Notes: generated by a model from the letters alone, not told the origin. A stretch of 63,132 nt of DNA, filler included, from Octopus bimaculoides (GCF_001194135.2; 8 parts of 7 records of this genome joined end to end with filler, not necessarily neighbours in it), one strand, 5' to 3'; positions 27,124-39,419 are shown, numbered from the whole stretch's first letter. Numbers and translations: made by a program.

Positions 27124-27625
27124 NNNNNNNNNNNNNNNNNNNNNNNNNNNNNNNNNNNNNNNNNNNNTTAATTAATTAANNNNNNNNNNNNNNNNNNNNN
27201 NNNNNNNNNNNNNNNNNNNNNNNATATATATATATATATAAATCAATCTTATCAGATGCAACTGTGATTTGTTAACCAGCAAGAGATGTCCTCTTGGGGT
27301 TAAAAAATTGTAGTAGAGTCTACTTGAATGGACAGCCATGTTAAAGTGGCTAGGAATATTACTTGTCAGCGCAACTACTGCGTTGATCTCTTAGAAAGAT
27401 TTTAGAACTAGCATCTTTGCTTGTCGGTTGGTTGGTTGGATGGATGGATGGATGGATGGATGGATAGATAGATAGATAGATATTTATATATACACACTAG
27501 GGTGTGTTTGTGTCTGTGTTTGTCCCCCATCACCACTTGACAACTGGTGTTGGTGTGTTTACACCCCTGTAACTTAGCTGTTCAGTCATAGCGATTGATA
27601 GACTTAAACCAGTTGGATGTGTTAG

Positions 27626-27703
27626 CATCAAAGTCAAAGATTTATTTATGGGGACAGCGATTATATATCACCTGAGGAGATACAACTGGATCCCATTATA
27701 CAG
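27626..27703 (+). CDS. Weak candidate exon (HQSQRFIYGDSDYISPEEIQLDPIIQ, or the alternative open frame)
   Basis: Good donor ACAG|gtaaac but poor acceptor (gtgttag|). It lies in the same CpG-poor segment as the other candidate exons. Confidence 0.2.
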
Positions 27704-28967
27704 GTAAACCATTGCTTAATTTAAATCCTGTGTATATATGGATCTATGTTGTATCAAAACATGTAGTGTTTATTAAATAGCTGTCTAAACATACTACCTG
27801 TTCTTCACTCTATTTATTCAATTATACACACACACACACACACATGCACACACNNNNNNNNNNNNNNNNNNNNNNNNNNNNNNNNNNNNNNNNNNNNNNN
27901 NNNNNNNNNNNNNNNNNNNNNNNNNNNNNNNNNNNNNNNNNNNNNNNNNNNNNTGTGTGTGTGTGTATGTATGTGTATTCTGTTACTGTAAGGATAAAAT
28001 CAAAAGGAGAAAAGCACATGATTTCTAAGAGATTGTAGTGGTGCTTATAAAGTAAATAAAATTAAATAATTATTGCTGCTGCTGTGTGTGATTGTGTGTG
28101 CATGCATGTTTATGTGTGTATATATGATGTTATGTAAACATGTTATAATTATACATTACCTTGACACTGTTACATACATCCTTAGTCCTACTCTCTATTT
28201 ATCCCTCATTTATTAGTCATACCCTTGATGGATAGCAAGAACATAGCACCATAAATGCTAATGTTTCTCTTCAGAGCCAGAAAATGATTCCACCCTGAAC
28301 AGATGTCAACGGCACATAAAAGTGTAAATTTAGCTAATGATCGAAAACTACTCCATTAAATATACAAAGTATAGCCGGCCATCACTCACGAGTGAGTGAT
28401 GGCTTACTAACATGTGCCATACATTTGCTAATAGTTTTAGGCGTCTATGTAGAAACAAGTAGACACAGGAAGTCACTTGATTCCCTCGCCCTTGATCCGA
28501 AAGAACATGTGACAGCTGCAGGAAGGGAACACTGCACCATCTGGCCAGTATTCATTAAATCTGAGCAGATTATGTACTCAAGCACATAAAGCATGTGAAA
28601 TAAAGTGCCTTGCTCAAGCACATGCTTGATACAGGAATTAAACCCATGAACTTAAAGTCATGAAGTGAAAACTGCAATCACAAGGTCACACACTTTCACA
28701 CTATTTTATATTTGATTACATTTAGACAGAGAGAACTACTCATAGCAGTGTGTTGGCAGAATTGTTACAGCATCAGATCAAATATTTTGCACTATTTGTT
28801 CTGGCTAAGGTGACAAGCTACCAGAATCATTACATATATATATATATATTAACATTATCATTGTTGTTTTAACAATCACTTTCCCATGCTCACATGGACA
28901 AAATTTATTGAGACAAATTTTCTAAGACTGGATACCCTTCCAGTTACCAATCCTCACTTATATTATA

Positions 28968-29242
28968 CTAGCAGAAATACCCGGCATTGCCCAGGTTAAA
29001 GGAAATAATGAAATTTAAAATTGCCATGTAGTTTATGCAGGTCTCAACTGCTAGTAGCTGAGATACTAACTTTCTATGTAACTCTGCAACTCATGGCAAC
29101 ATGGAACATAAACATTAAGTGAAATGTGGAAAGAAAGTTTTCAACTCATATATGTATATAAAGTAAATACACATTTGTCTTACTTATTTCATAACCAAAG
29201 GACAGGTACAGATTATAAACAATGAAAGGCTGTGCATAGAGT

Positions 29243-29274
<32 letters not shown>

Positions 29275-30530
29275 ACAATGAATATATCATGTTATTGTTT
29301 CACTTTTATACACATAGATATACATTCACACATGTCAGTCAAAAAGTGAAGGTGTAATAGTAATACTTTAACACTTAATGGTTTTACACTTTTGCATATG
29401 ACATGGACCTACTATTCATGTAAGTGCTTCTTCATATACTGTGTTTTCTGTCTTGCCATTTTTATTACTAAGAATGTAGAGGTTCTTTTCATCTCCAACT
29501 CTAGAACAACCCACATACAGCTGACCATGTGAGAAGCAAGGTCAAAGGAGGTTAAGTCCCACCACCTTTAGAGACTTACCTTGTGCTTTGTTGATAGACA
29601 TTGCAAAGCTAAGTTTGACAGGAAACTGCAGTCTCTTGAGCTGAAAGGGGAGATCATTTGAAATGAGAGGTATCCTTGGAATGAAGACATTCTCACCCGT
29701 CATATTGCCATGATGGAGAAGAGGATTCTCAGCTGCATAGCAGACTTGCACATTTGTGCCTCTGTCAGAGTGGCATCCCAGTGTGCATCATCTTCCAGAA
29801 GACCTCTGAGATGGCAAGCCTGGCGATATATATGACATACTGTGTTATCAACCATACGTAAGGCTGTAAATAATGTGGGTTACTTGACATGGTGTAATAG
29901 AAGCCTTAGATAGTAGCACTCTTAGTAGTTGGGATGAACAACATAGACTATGCCAAGTGTATCTGATTTCTTGATTCCTGGATGACATGTGGGTGCTCCA
30001 AGTGCATGTCTTTTCCATTTATTTTGGTATCAGGTATAGAATTGTGGAACTTCATTGTATAGCAGTCTTGTAGCAAAATTCATCATCTTGACAGAGCTTG
30101 AAGAATGCTGTGAGTGTGATATTTCTGGGAGCTTCCATTTGTAGTTGGACTGTGTCTGTCAGTGTGCTATCTTTGAGGTGGAGGACAATGTCACGCTTGT
30201 CATGTTCTTGCCCAACCAGAAGCACAGCTATTTAATTTGCTGTTGGAACATTAAACCTTCTTCTATGTTGACCAGATGGTTTCTTGCCTGATCTGATAAC
30301 TGGAGTCAGGTGGAATTTTTTCAAGTGCAATCTTGAAGCTTCTGATCATGTTGTTGTTGTTATACAGCATCTTTTGCAGAGACACTACAATGTTCAATCT
30401 GATGCCGGAAATGTTCTTTTAATTTTAATTGTTAATTATACTACATAATTAGTTAGATAAATGACCGACATGTGTTTCAGCTGCATTGAGAATGTGCAAT
30501 TGCATATGCACCATCATTTAGAGTCTTTTC
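28968..30530 (-). mobile_element. Internally deleted Helitron (RepHel fragments plus 3' hairpin/CTAG terminus)
   Basis: 29542-29751 gives IPRIPLISNDLPFQLKRLQFPVKLSFAMSINKAQGKSLKVVGLNL (PIF1-like helicase C-terminus). 29760-30400 gives frameshifted Rep-region pieces (RRFNVPTAN, TLTAFFKLCQDD, ECYYLRLLLHHV, ACHLRGLLEDDAHW). The minus-strand 3' end is CCTGGGCAATGCCGGG-tatttctg-CTAG|T at 28995-28968. Confidence 0.9.
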
Positions 30531-31001
30531 ACAAGCATGGTCTGATTTCAGCATGTTGAACCATTAATCCCTACACATTTCTCTCTCTCTTTTTTTCTTC
30601 TCAATCCTTTCTGTTTAAGAGCATAGGCTCAAAACATCAAAGACTTTTCCATTCTTCCCAAATATCAAACTAATACACCTGTTTGTTGTTCCTTCACCTG
30701 TCTTAGTCGTTTGTTTTCTGTGAATTTGAATAATATATATGATCGTATATAACAAAATAAATAGTGAGGGATTATCAATCCAGGCAGAATTCTTCACAAG
30801 CTCTCTGTTGGCATACCAGGTTAACACTATTAGTTAGATTAATGATGAACTCCCTAACTTGGACCCTACCACAAGGATACCTGGAGTTCTTCACTAATCT
30901 AAGTAATATTGTGTGTGCGTGTGTGTGCATGCGTGTGTGTGCACCTATGTGCATGTGTGTATAGATAGATAGATAGAAATACACATACAAATATTACAAA
31001 A

Positions 31002-31042
<41 letters not shown>

Positions 31043-32116
31043 CTTCACTGTAGTTTTCATGCACCAAATTCCACTCACAAGTTGTTGGTCAACTAAATGT
31101 GAAACTTTCTCAAGGTTCCACATACAAAGAGATCAAACCCAAATATCATAAAGCTGCAAAAGAAACTTTTTAACCATGCAGTCTTGCCTGATGCTGTTAT
31201 TAAATGTTTGTATGTGAAAAGGTCATTAAGTAACATGAAATGGTATAAGTATTTAAGTAGTGTGTGTTATTGAATCTATATATATATATATCTAGTCGCA
31301 TGTACTTAATGTAATTATGTAATTATTGTGAATAACTAATTAAATATTTGACCTATTATATCATTATTTTGTTTTGATAAAATGATGCATTCAGGCATTT
31401 TATAATGGCCTAAAAGCTCTTTAATTAACAACACTGCTGCTTTTGGCTTGATTAAACTTTAAATTTGTTTATAATAATCAATTTTGAAAAATTGAAATAC
31501 TTTAATTAGAAAACCATCAACTGTGAAAGAAGAAAATTCTTACTGTTGATTGAGGAGGGAAATTAACTATGTCACTTCTAAGGAGTGGTCAACAAATCGA
31601 AAAATGGTTTGTCACAAGTCTGTTCATCTCTTTTCCAACATATCAAAAATAGAGAAGGAATGTATGTACATTCTTATAATTTTCCATGACAACTACAGGT
31701 TTTCTAATATTTGAATTTATTTCAGCCTTTCTGATTCCCACTTTGTTGTGCCTTATGTGCCTAAAATATATGTTACTTAATGAACATTCTAACGCATAAC
31801 TATGGAAAATGAGCTATCTCCTACTAATAGGTTAATGCATGACTGCTTTATATAACAGATGAATATTCTATACTATTAATTGTAGGAGGAAGTTGACTAT
31901 ATCTTCTTTGAGGGTGGTCAACAAACTTTGAGATATCAGGTATCCCCAATCCCTTTTTCTCACACATCAAAAGCATAGACTGTATGCATTTATGTTCTGA
32001 TAATTTCTTATCACAACTAAAATCTTACTAAAATTTCAATTTTTTCTACTCCTTTTGATTAATCCTGTGTTATACATAAAATGTCTATTTAATTTTTCTG
32101 TATTTTTTCTTTCTAG

Positions 32117-32166
32117 TGAAAGTACAAAGTTATCCAGTATAAAGTACATTAAGGATTTCAGCAAAG
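32117..32166 (+). CDS. Candidate 50-nt internal exon of an unrecognised gene (xESTKLSSIKYIKDFSK)
   Basis: Long pyrimidine tract aatttttctgtattttttctttctag| and donor AAAG|gtaggt. Only one of three frames is open (phase 2 in, phase 1 out). No recognisable domain. Confidence 0.42.
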
Positions 32167-32602
32167 GTAGGTGTATATTCGTTCATTCATAGCTAAATAT
32201 CGAATAAGCCAATTAGGGAGCATTTAAATGCTTGCTAGGCCCACAAGAAACTGCATCTAAATTTGTATCAAATCATATAATACTGTCTTAAAAAAAAAAA
32301 AAAAAAAGGTGGGGGACTGTATATTAGAAAATGTAATTCTAGAAAAATTATGCCAGAAAAAGAAAAACAGAACAGATGATTAAGAGTAAAATATTTTTAA
32401 TCCTAGGTCTGACTGAGTAGACTTGCAGGTTAATAAAACGCCACCACCAACAACAACTAATATTGAATTTTCTTGAGTAATGTCAGCTGGTTCAGCTTTC
32501 TCAAATTTGATCACAGCAGCCCTTATGATCCTGAATAGTATTCAGTAGATCAGTTGTTCAATATCCTAAATCTATAAGCTCTATTTACTATCTATCTTTT
32601 AC

Positions 32603-32987
32603 CTTTTACCTGTTTCAGTCATTAGATTGTGGCCATGCTGGAGCATTACCTTGAAGGATTTTAATTAAACTTATCAACCACAGTACTTATTATTATTTAG
32701 TAAAGCTTGATACTTATTCTATCGGTCTCTTTTGCTGAACCACTATGTTATGGGAACATAAACACACCAACACCAGCTGTCACATGGGGGTGGATAAACT
32801 CAGACACAAAGACACACACGCACATACGATGGGCTTCTTTCAGTTTCTATCTATCAAATCTACACAAAAGGCTTTGGTCATCCCAAGGCTATAGCAGAAG
32901 AAACTTGGCCAAGGTGCCACACAGTGGGACTGAACCCAGAATGATGTGGTTGGGAAGCAAGCTTCTTACCACAAAGCCACACCTGTG
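32603..32987 (-). mobile_element. SINE family A (CpG-decayed)
   Basis: Complete layout; many consensus CG sites appear as TG/CA. Confidence 0.82.
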
Positions 32988-34296
32988 CTATAGTCAAGAA
33001 AGATTAATAATGTCATTGACTCAGTTGTAAACTGTTCCAATGAAAATTAACTATGTAGTTTTTCCCAGTCAAATAATTAAGCTTCAGTCAATTTTATTTT
33101 AATGCTTTCTGCAGTGGGCTCAAGGCCTGTAGTTTTAATGGGATGGTTAGTGAGCTACATCTCCCCCAGTGCTTGACTGGAACAATATTTTATTAAACCC
33201 GAAAGGATGAAAAGCAAAGTCAACCTCGGTAGTATTTGAACTCAGAATATAAACCCATAAAAAATGTTATTAAGCATTTTATCCAGCTTGCTAATGATTC
33301 TGCTAGCTTATCACACTGGGTAGATTTATTTAACTCTTTAACATTTAATCTGGCAATATCCAACCTAAATAACCCACCTGTTTTATGTTCAAAAAGATCA
33401 TGCCCTAATTCTCACATTTACCCTATGATATCAGTGCAAAATTAAATGGTTATATCATTGAAGTTTCAAATCCATGAGATAATGCATAATTAATTCGAAG
33501 AAGCCAAATGCTAAAGAGTTAATGAATCTTAAAAGTGAGCAGAATACTCTCACTAATATGGCCATAGACAAATGTGTAAAACTAGTTAAAAACTAAAAAT
33601 GATAAAAGAATTCTCATCAAAAGCTTATCATTGATATCGTGCACAATTAATAATAGGGCACGATATCAAGAAGTAGGAGTGGTATGTGGTTTGTTTGTAG
33701 AATCCAATAAAATAAAATAGGTGGAGCTATTCCACTAATAGTACAATAATAGGCATGTCATGCTGGTTGGTTCAGGTTTCTTTATTGATATAATGACATA
33801 AATGGCAATATTCTTCCTTCTGTGAAAAATAAACTCCTTTGGTTCTCAGAGGGCATTTTCCAAAGGCAAGATTATTCTTAGCCACTATTCAGACACATGC
33901 ATACATAAATATGTACATACACACACACAAACACACACACATGCACATGCACACACATGTGCACATGCACACACGTGCACACGCACACACACACACACAC
34001 ACACATACACACACACATATTAATGACCTGTAGGGACACTATTTCATTATGCAACCATTATAGGCTACAAAGCATGTTAAACATTTTTATTAGTCAAACC
34101 TACTGTAGTCACAGTACTATTACATCACTTGTTAAAGTGGTAAAATATAGTAAATACATCCATTACCAATTCTTCATCTTCAATCTTACTGGTTTTTACA
34201 TCAGGCATCTTGGATAAGAAATGTCATAACAGAATCAGTGATGGATATAGTTTCTATGGAAAAATCTGTAGGCATAACCTTAACAAGTGATATATA

Positions 34297-34970
34297 TTGG
34301 GTCATCTTATAAATAATGCAGTTTTTTCAATTGCATTAAATAAAGTCGGAGGGGAACAGGATAAGCTACCTGCATCAACTTACTATAAAAGCAGGTAGTA
34401 ATTTCACCTTGAACTTATTCTTAGTGCAAGTTTTGAAGAGTACAGTTGAATCTTAACAGTTAAAGCTACAATGGAAGTGACAAACGAACATATTCAGCAT
34501 ATTTTGCTTTATAAGTTCAATAAAGGCAACAATGCAGTGGAAAGTGTGAGGAATATTAATGCAGTATATGGGGATTGGCCTATAAGCATAAGCCAGTATC
34601 AATGGTGGTTCCAGAAATTCCGAGCTGGAAACTACAGCCTAGAAGATGAGCTGCATCCTGGAAGATCTGTAGAGCTCAACAAGGATGTTCTGCAAAACCT
34701 GCTGGAACAAAATCCCATTGTATCTGTTGAGAAATCAGCAAAGGAGCTTGGACTTGGTCATTCAACCATTCATCACCAGCAGCACGCCATTGGAAAAGTC
34801 AGCAAACTGGGTCAACAGGTTCCTCACACACTTTCCGAGTCTAATCGTGCACAGAGAGTGATGTGCGTTCTTCTTTGCTGTCTTGTCTCACGAATGATCC
34901 TTCTTTGGACCGAATAGTGACTGGTCATGAGGAAGAGGTTCTCTATAAAAATGTCAAGCGTTGAAGACAG
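34297..34970 (+). mobile_element. 3'-truncated mariner transposon pseudogene (Mos1/Hsmar-type transposase N-terminus)
   Basis: TA then TTGGGTCATC... terminus. ORF 34471-34917 has an HTH region (LLYKFNKG...WWFQKFRAGNYSLEDE..PGR) and QVPHTL (the WVPHEL motif). After a frameshift it reads RIVTGHEEEVLYKNVKR, equivalent to IVTGDEKW with the first catalytic D lost. Confidence 0.9.
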
Positions 34971-35127
34971 TCAATAGAGATGTAGATACATTAGCCAGAA
35001 AAATCTGTGATGTACCAAGTGTGTGATAGGTGAACCATGATATGGCAGGGGATTACTGTATATATGCCTATGATTACTGTATATATACATATATATGTAC
35101 ACACACACACACACACACATATAATCG

Positions 35128-35524
35128 CAAGTGTAGCTGTGTGGAAAAATCTTGCTTCCCAAGCAAATGGTTTGGAGTTCAGTCCCACCACGTGGCACCT
35201 AGGGCAAATGTCTTCCATTATAGCCTAGGACCAATCAAAGCCTCATGAGTGGATTTGATAGATGGAAACTGAAAGAAGCCTATCATATATATATATATAT
35301 GTGTATATCTATGTGTGTGTCTCTGAGTTTCTGTTTGTCCCCATCACTGCTTGACAACCTGTGTTGGTATATTTACGTCCCATAACTTAGTGGTTCAACA
35401 AACGAAAATAATAGAATAAGTACTAGGCTTAAAAAATAAGTCCTAGTGTCAATTTGTTTGACTAAACCCATCAAGATGGTGCTCCAGCATGGCCACAGTG
35501 AAATGACTGAAACAAATACAAGAA
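35128..35524 (+). mobile_element. SINE family A (CpG-decayed)
   Basis: Complete layout; for example GAAGCCTATCATATAT here versus GAAGCCCGTCGTATAT elsewhere. Confidence 0.82.
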
Positions 35525-35730
35525 TACACGCACACACATATAAGTATATATATAGATCGTCGGAAAAGCTTAGATCCGAAAAAGTTATAGAGCAGTATAT
35601 AATATAAATAAAGTTAGATAAGGCTGGTTTATGGTATTACCCTGGGTTTCACGTCCATAAATCATTTAGCTTAATGGCATATCATCAGATCCCAAAACCT
35701 TTTGGCTGAAGGCCTCGTTACTATTATTAT

Positions 35731-36004
35731 TATGTGTGGGCACAGTTGAGCAAGAGACTAACAAAACTCCTTGTAACACCAAAGATGAACTGAAGGCAAG
35801 GATTATGGTAGCATTCACCAGTTTAAACAGGGAGATCATCCAGAAGAGTTGCAGGAGATTCTGAAGTTATCTGGAGATTGACGAAATTTACTCTTCAGTA
35901 TTTCAAGATATTTCATGTAATTTTGGTAAATATATCTCTTAAAATGAGATGTCAGTGTTATTTTCATTTTGGGGTTTTTTAGACGACAGTTTATTCACTG
36001 CACC

Positions 36005-36007
<3 letters not shown>
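35731..36007 (+). mobile_element. 3' fragment of a maT-like transposon with right TIR
   Basis: YVWGTVEQETNKTPCNTKDELKARIMVAFTSLNREIIQKSCRRF is homologous to the C-terminus at 4005-4133. Ends in ...ttattcactgcaccctg (CAGGGTG-type TIR) next to a TA repeat. Confidence 0.72.
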
Positions 36008-36046
<39 letters not shown>

Positions 36047-36349
36047 TATGGGCTTCAGCATAGTTTCCTTCTAACAAATTACACTCATAAGTCGATTCTA
36101 TGTTGAAGTAGAAGGCACATGCTCAAAATGGCATGTGGTGGATTGAAACTGATACATCAGGCTGCAAAGGTAATTCTTAATTACACAGCTATACCTGTGC
36201 CACATGACCAATGCCTTGCACCATCCCCAAATTATATAAATCAATTATATAAACAGGCAGAAATAATCAAATATGTTTTCACTATGTTAATCTTGATTCA
36301 AATTAATTTTGAACACATGCTAACACTTATTAATATTTTTCTTTTACAG

Positions 36350-36374
36350 ATGAACCATTCCTAGAAAATGACGA
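36350..36374 (+). CDS. Candidate 25-nt micro-exon (DEPFLEND), phase-compatible with 32117-32166
   Basis: Branch-point-like tgctaac about 25 nt upstream, acceptor atttttcttttacag| and donor GA|gtaaga. Only the phase-1 frame is open. Confidence 0.42.
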
Positions 36375-36897
36375 GTAAGATATTAAATATATTTTGTAAA
36401 TTATATCTGTTGTTATTGTTGATATATATACATATATATATATATACAAACAAATAGTAAATGAGTATATGCATATATACGTACAGGTATGTGCATACCG
36501 ACATCCACCTGTATGCATAGGTGCATATCTGGGTACAGGACATTGCAAACAAAACAGAGACGAGAAAACACACAAGCCACATAGAGAACATTCTACTTCA
36601 TCAGCTACCCCCGTTTTAACACCGGCGTTTCGAAGAGCTGGGCAGGACGCACCGTTAAAACGGCTATTCCCATGGACCGCAAATTAAATTTGTATACACA
36701 AATTAAATCTTGCCATGGAGGAATGTAGTGGCGGACAAGAAACAAGACAGGAAAACAAACAGAAAAGGCTATGGCCAGACGAGAAAAATTATGTGTANNN
36801 NNNNNNNNNNNNNNNNNNNNNNNNNNNNNNNNNNNNNNNNNTTAATTAATTAANNNNNNNNNNNNNNNNNNNNNNNNNNNNNNNNNNNNNNNNNNNN

Positions 36898-37221
36898 TTT
36901 CGATTCCCAGACCGGGCGTTGTGAGTGTTTATTGAGCGAAAACACCTAAAGCTCCACGAGGCTCCGGCAGGGGATGGTGGTGAACCCTGCTGTACTCTTC
37001 CACCACAACTTTCTCTCACTCTTACTTCCTGTTTCTGTTGCGCCTGTAATTCAAAGGGTCAGCCTTGTCACACTGTGTCACGCTGAATATCCCCGAGAAC
37101 TACGTTAAGGGTACACGTGCCTGTGGAGTGCTCATCCACCTGCACGTTAATTTCACGAGCAGGTTGTTCCGTTGATCGGATCAACTGGAACCCTCGACGT
37201 CGTAAGCGACGGAGTGCCAAC
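36898..37221 (+). mobile_element. SINE family C, 5' end cut by the spacer
   Basis: Starts in the T loop (TTTCGATTCCC) immediately after the N run. Confidence 0.87.
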
Positions 37222-37576
37222 TAGACTCTAAAGACATGCTACATCGTGCCAATGCGAAGCTATTAATGATTTCTTGCTTTTAAAAATTATTCCAGTATCC
37301 TTGTTATTCTATCATGTCAAGTGAGCGTAGAACGGTATCATTAGATACTAAAGGAAAAATTATTTGCATTTTGAGGAATAGTTTTAACTTTCTGACAACT
37401 GTATAAACCGGAATCGGAAAAGATGCCCCAAGGACATAACCCACCTCTAGACTATGTGAATGAGGGGAAAAACTATGGAGGAATTTCTGAATTGCGTAGG
37501 GCACAGCAACAGATTGTAAAATGAACTTTAAATGAACCTCAATACTTAATGAACTTTTCAATATTGTATTCGTTTT

Positions 37577-37956
37577 AAGGTGGCGAGCTGGTAGAAATGT
37601 TAGCAGGCCGGGCGAAATTTCGTCTGCCACTACGTTCTGAGTTCAAATTCCGCCGAGGTCGACTTTGCCTTTCATCCTTTCGGAGTCGATAAATTAAGTA
37701 CCAGTTACGCACTGGGTCGATGTAATCGACTTAATCCCTTTGTCTGTCCCTGTTTGTCCCCTCTATGTTTAGCCCGGGCGAAATGCTTAGCTGTATTTCA
37801 TCTGTCTTTACGTTCTGAGTTCAAATTCCGCCAAGATCGACTTTGTCTTTCAACCTTTCGGGATCGATAAATTAAGTACCAGTTGTGTACTGGGGTCGAT
37901 CTAATCGACTGGCCCCCTCCCCAAAACTTTCGGGCCTTGTGCCTAGAGTAGAAAAG
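37577..37956 (+). mobile_element. Two tandem SINE family D copies with different 3' tails
   Basis: Copy 1 spans 37577-37775 and copy 2 spans 37771-37956. Other D fragments lie at 33160-33305 (-), 38129-38289 (-), 40690-40830, 49545-49720 and 58514-58645 (+). Confidence 0.85.
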
Positions 37957-38289
37957 AATATTGTGTTTGTTTTAATTTCTCAAAGATATGGTATGATATT
38001 CTTTTTATTATGCTCATTTTTGTGACTAGGGTTATTGTATAATTGATGTAATATTTTACACTTCAGAGAAGTGTTTATAAACTACAAATAGCCCTATCTA
38101 CTATAGGAAATTTTGTGGTGAGCAGCTAGTCGATTTCATCGACCCCAGTACTTGACTGGTGCTTAATTTATCGACCCCGAAAGACAAGTCGGTCTGGAGA
38201 GAATCTGAGCTCAGAACGTAAAGACGGACGAAATACCGCTAAGCCTTTTGTCCGGCATGCTAACGATTCTGCTTGCTCACCGTCTTTAT

Positions 38290-38674
38290 GTTGTTGTAGT
38301 TGTTGGCACTCCGTCGCTTACGACGTCGAGGGTTCCAGTTGATCCGAACAGCCTGCTCGTGAAATTAACGTGCAAGTGGCTGAGCACTCCACAGACACGT
38401 GTACCCATAACGTAGTTCTCGGGGAGATTCAGCGTGACACAGTGTGACAAGGCTGGCTCTTTGAATTACAGGCACAACAGAAACAGGAAGAAAGAGTGAG
38501 AGAAAGTTGTGGTGAAAGAGTACAGTAGGGTTCGCCACCATCTCCTGCCGGAGCCTCATGGAACTTTAGGTATTGTCGCTCAATAAACACTCACAACGCC
38601 CAGTCTTGGAATCGAAACCGCGATCCTACGACCGCGAGTCCGCTGCCCTAACCACTGGGCCATTGTGCCTCCAC
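38290..38674 (-). mobile_element. Full-length SINE family C with target-site duplication
   Basis: Complete head, (CAA)n-type tail, and flanking direct repeat CACCGTCTTTAT at 38278-38289 and 38674-38685. Confidence 0.9.
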
Positions 38675-39039
38675 ACCGTCTTTATAAACTACAAATAATA
38701 AAAATAAAAATTATGATTTTAAAATTGCTTGTTTTGTTTTCGCTTTCTTTTTTGTCCTAGTTGGGGTTTCGTCCCCAAGGGGTTTTTTCCCTAGACTTTT
38801 TTTTCTAGAGGGTTTTGTCCTACACTCTTACAAACCATAATGAATCAATCTGATGAAATAAAAGTTGTACAAAATTCAACTAACACATACTCGCCGTAAA
38901 ATAGTGGAAAATAACAGAACAAATGTAAAGTGTTCAGGTGGATGATATGTCAAAATCATTCGCCACTTCCCTAAGCCATTATCCAAGAAGAAACTGAGAG
39001 TCACTCGAAAGTCTATGACTTTTGTGGAAGCTTTAGAAA

Positions 39040-39176
39040 CTCAGAATCAGCAAGTGCTGAGAGCTAGGTCGCACCGGAATGTCCAACACAAATGAAAGAT
39101 ATTAATATTATAGAAAGAAGCAAGTATCCATCCAATTTAGTTTTTAATCTGGACAGATGTCGGCTGTTTTGGAAAT
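39040..39176 (+). mobile_element. Tigger/pogo (CENP-B-like) transposase remnant
   Basis: ESASAES*VAPECPTQMKDINIIERSKYPSNLVFNLDRCRLFWK resembles GESASAD...IIEEGxYxxxQVFNxDETGLFWK. Confidence 0.6.
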
Positions 39177-39188
39177 GTTTATTTTTTA

Positions 39189-39360
39189 TCTTTTACCTGT
39201 TTTAGTCATTAGACTGCGGCTATAATGGGGCACTGCCTTGAAGGGTTTGGTCGAACAGATAGACCCCCAATGTTTTTTAATGTCTGATACTTATTCTATT
39301 GATCTTTTTGCCGAATAGCTAAGTTGCGGGGACGTAAACAAAGATATAATATACAGTGTA

Positions 39361-39419
<59 letters not shown>

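Noticed and set aside
34167-34208. Possible minus-strand 42-nt exon MPDVKTSKIEDEEL
   Set aside because: Weaker splice signals and opposite strand to the better-supported exon pair; such short ag...gt units arise by chance.
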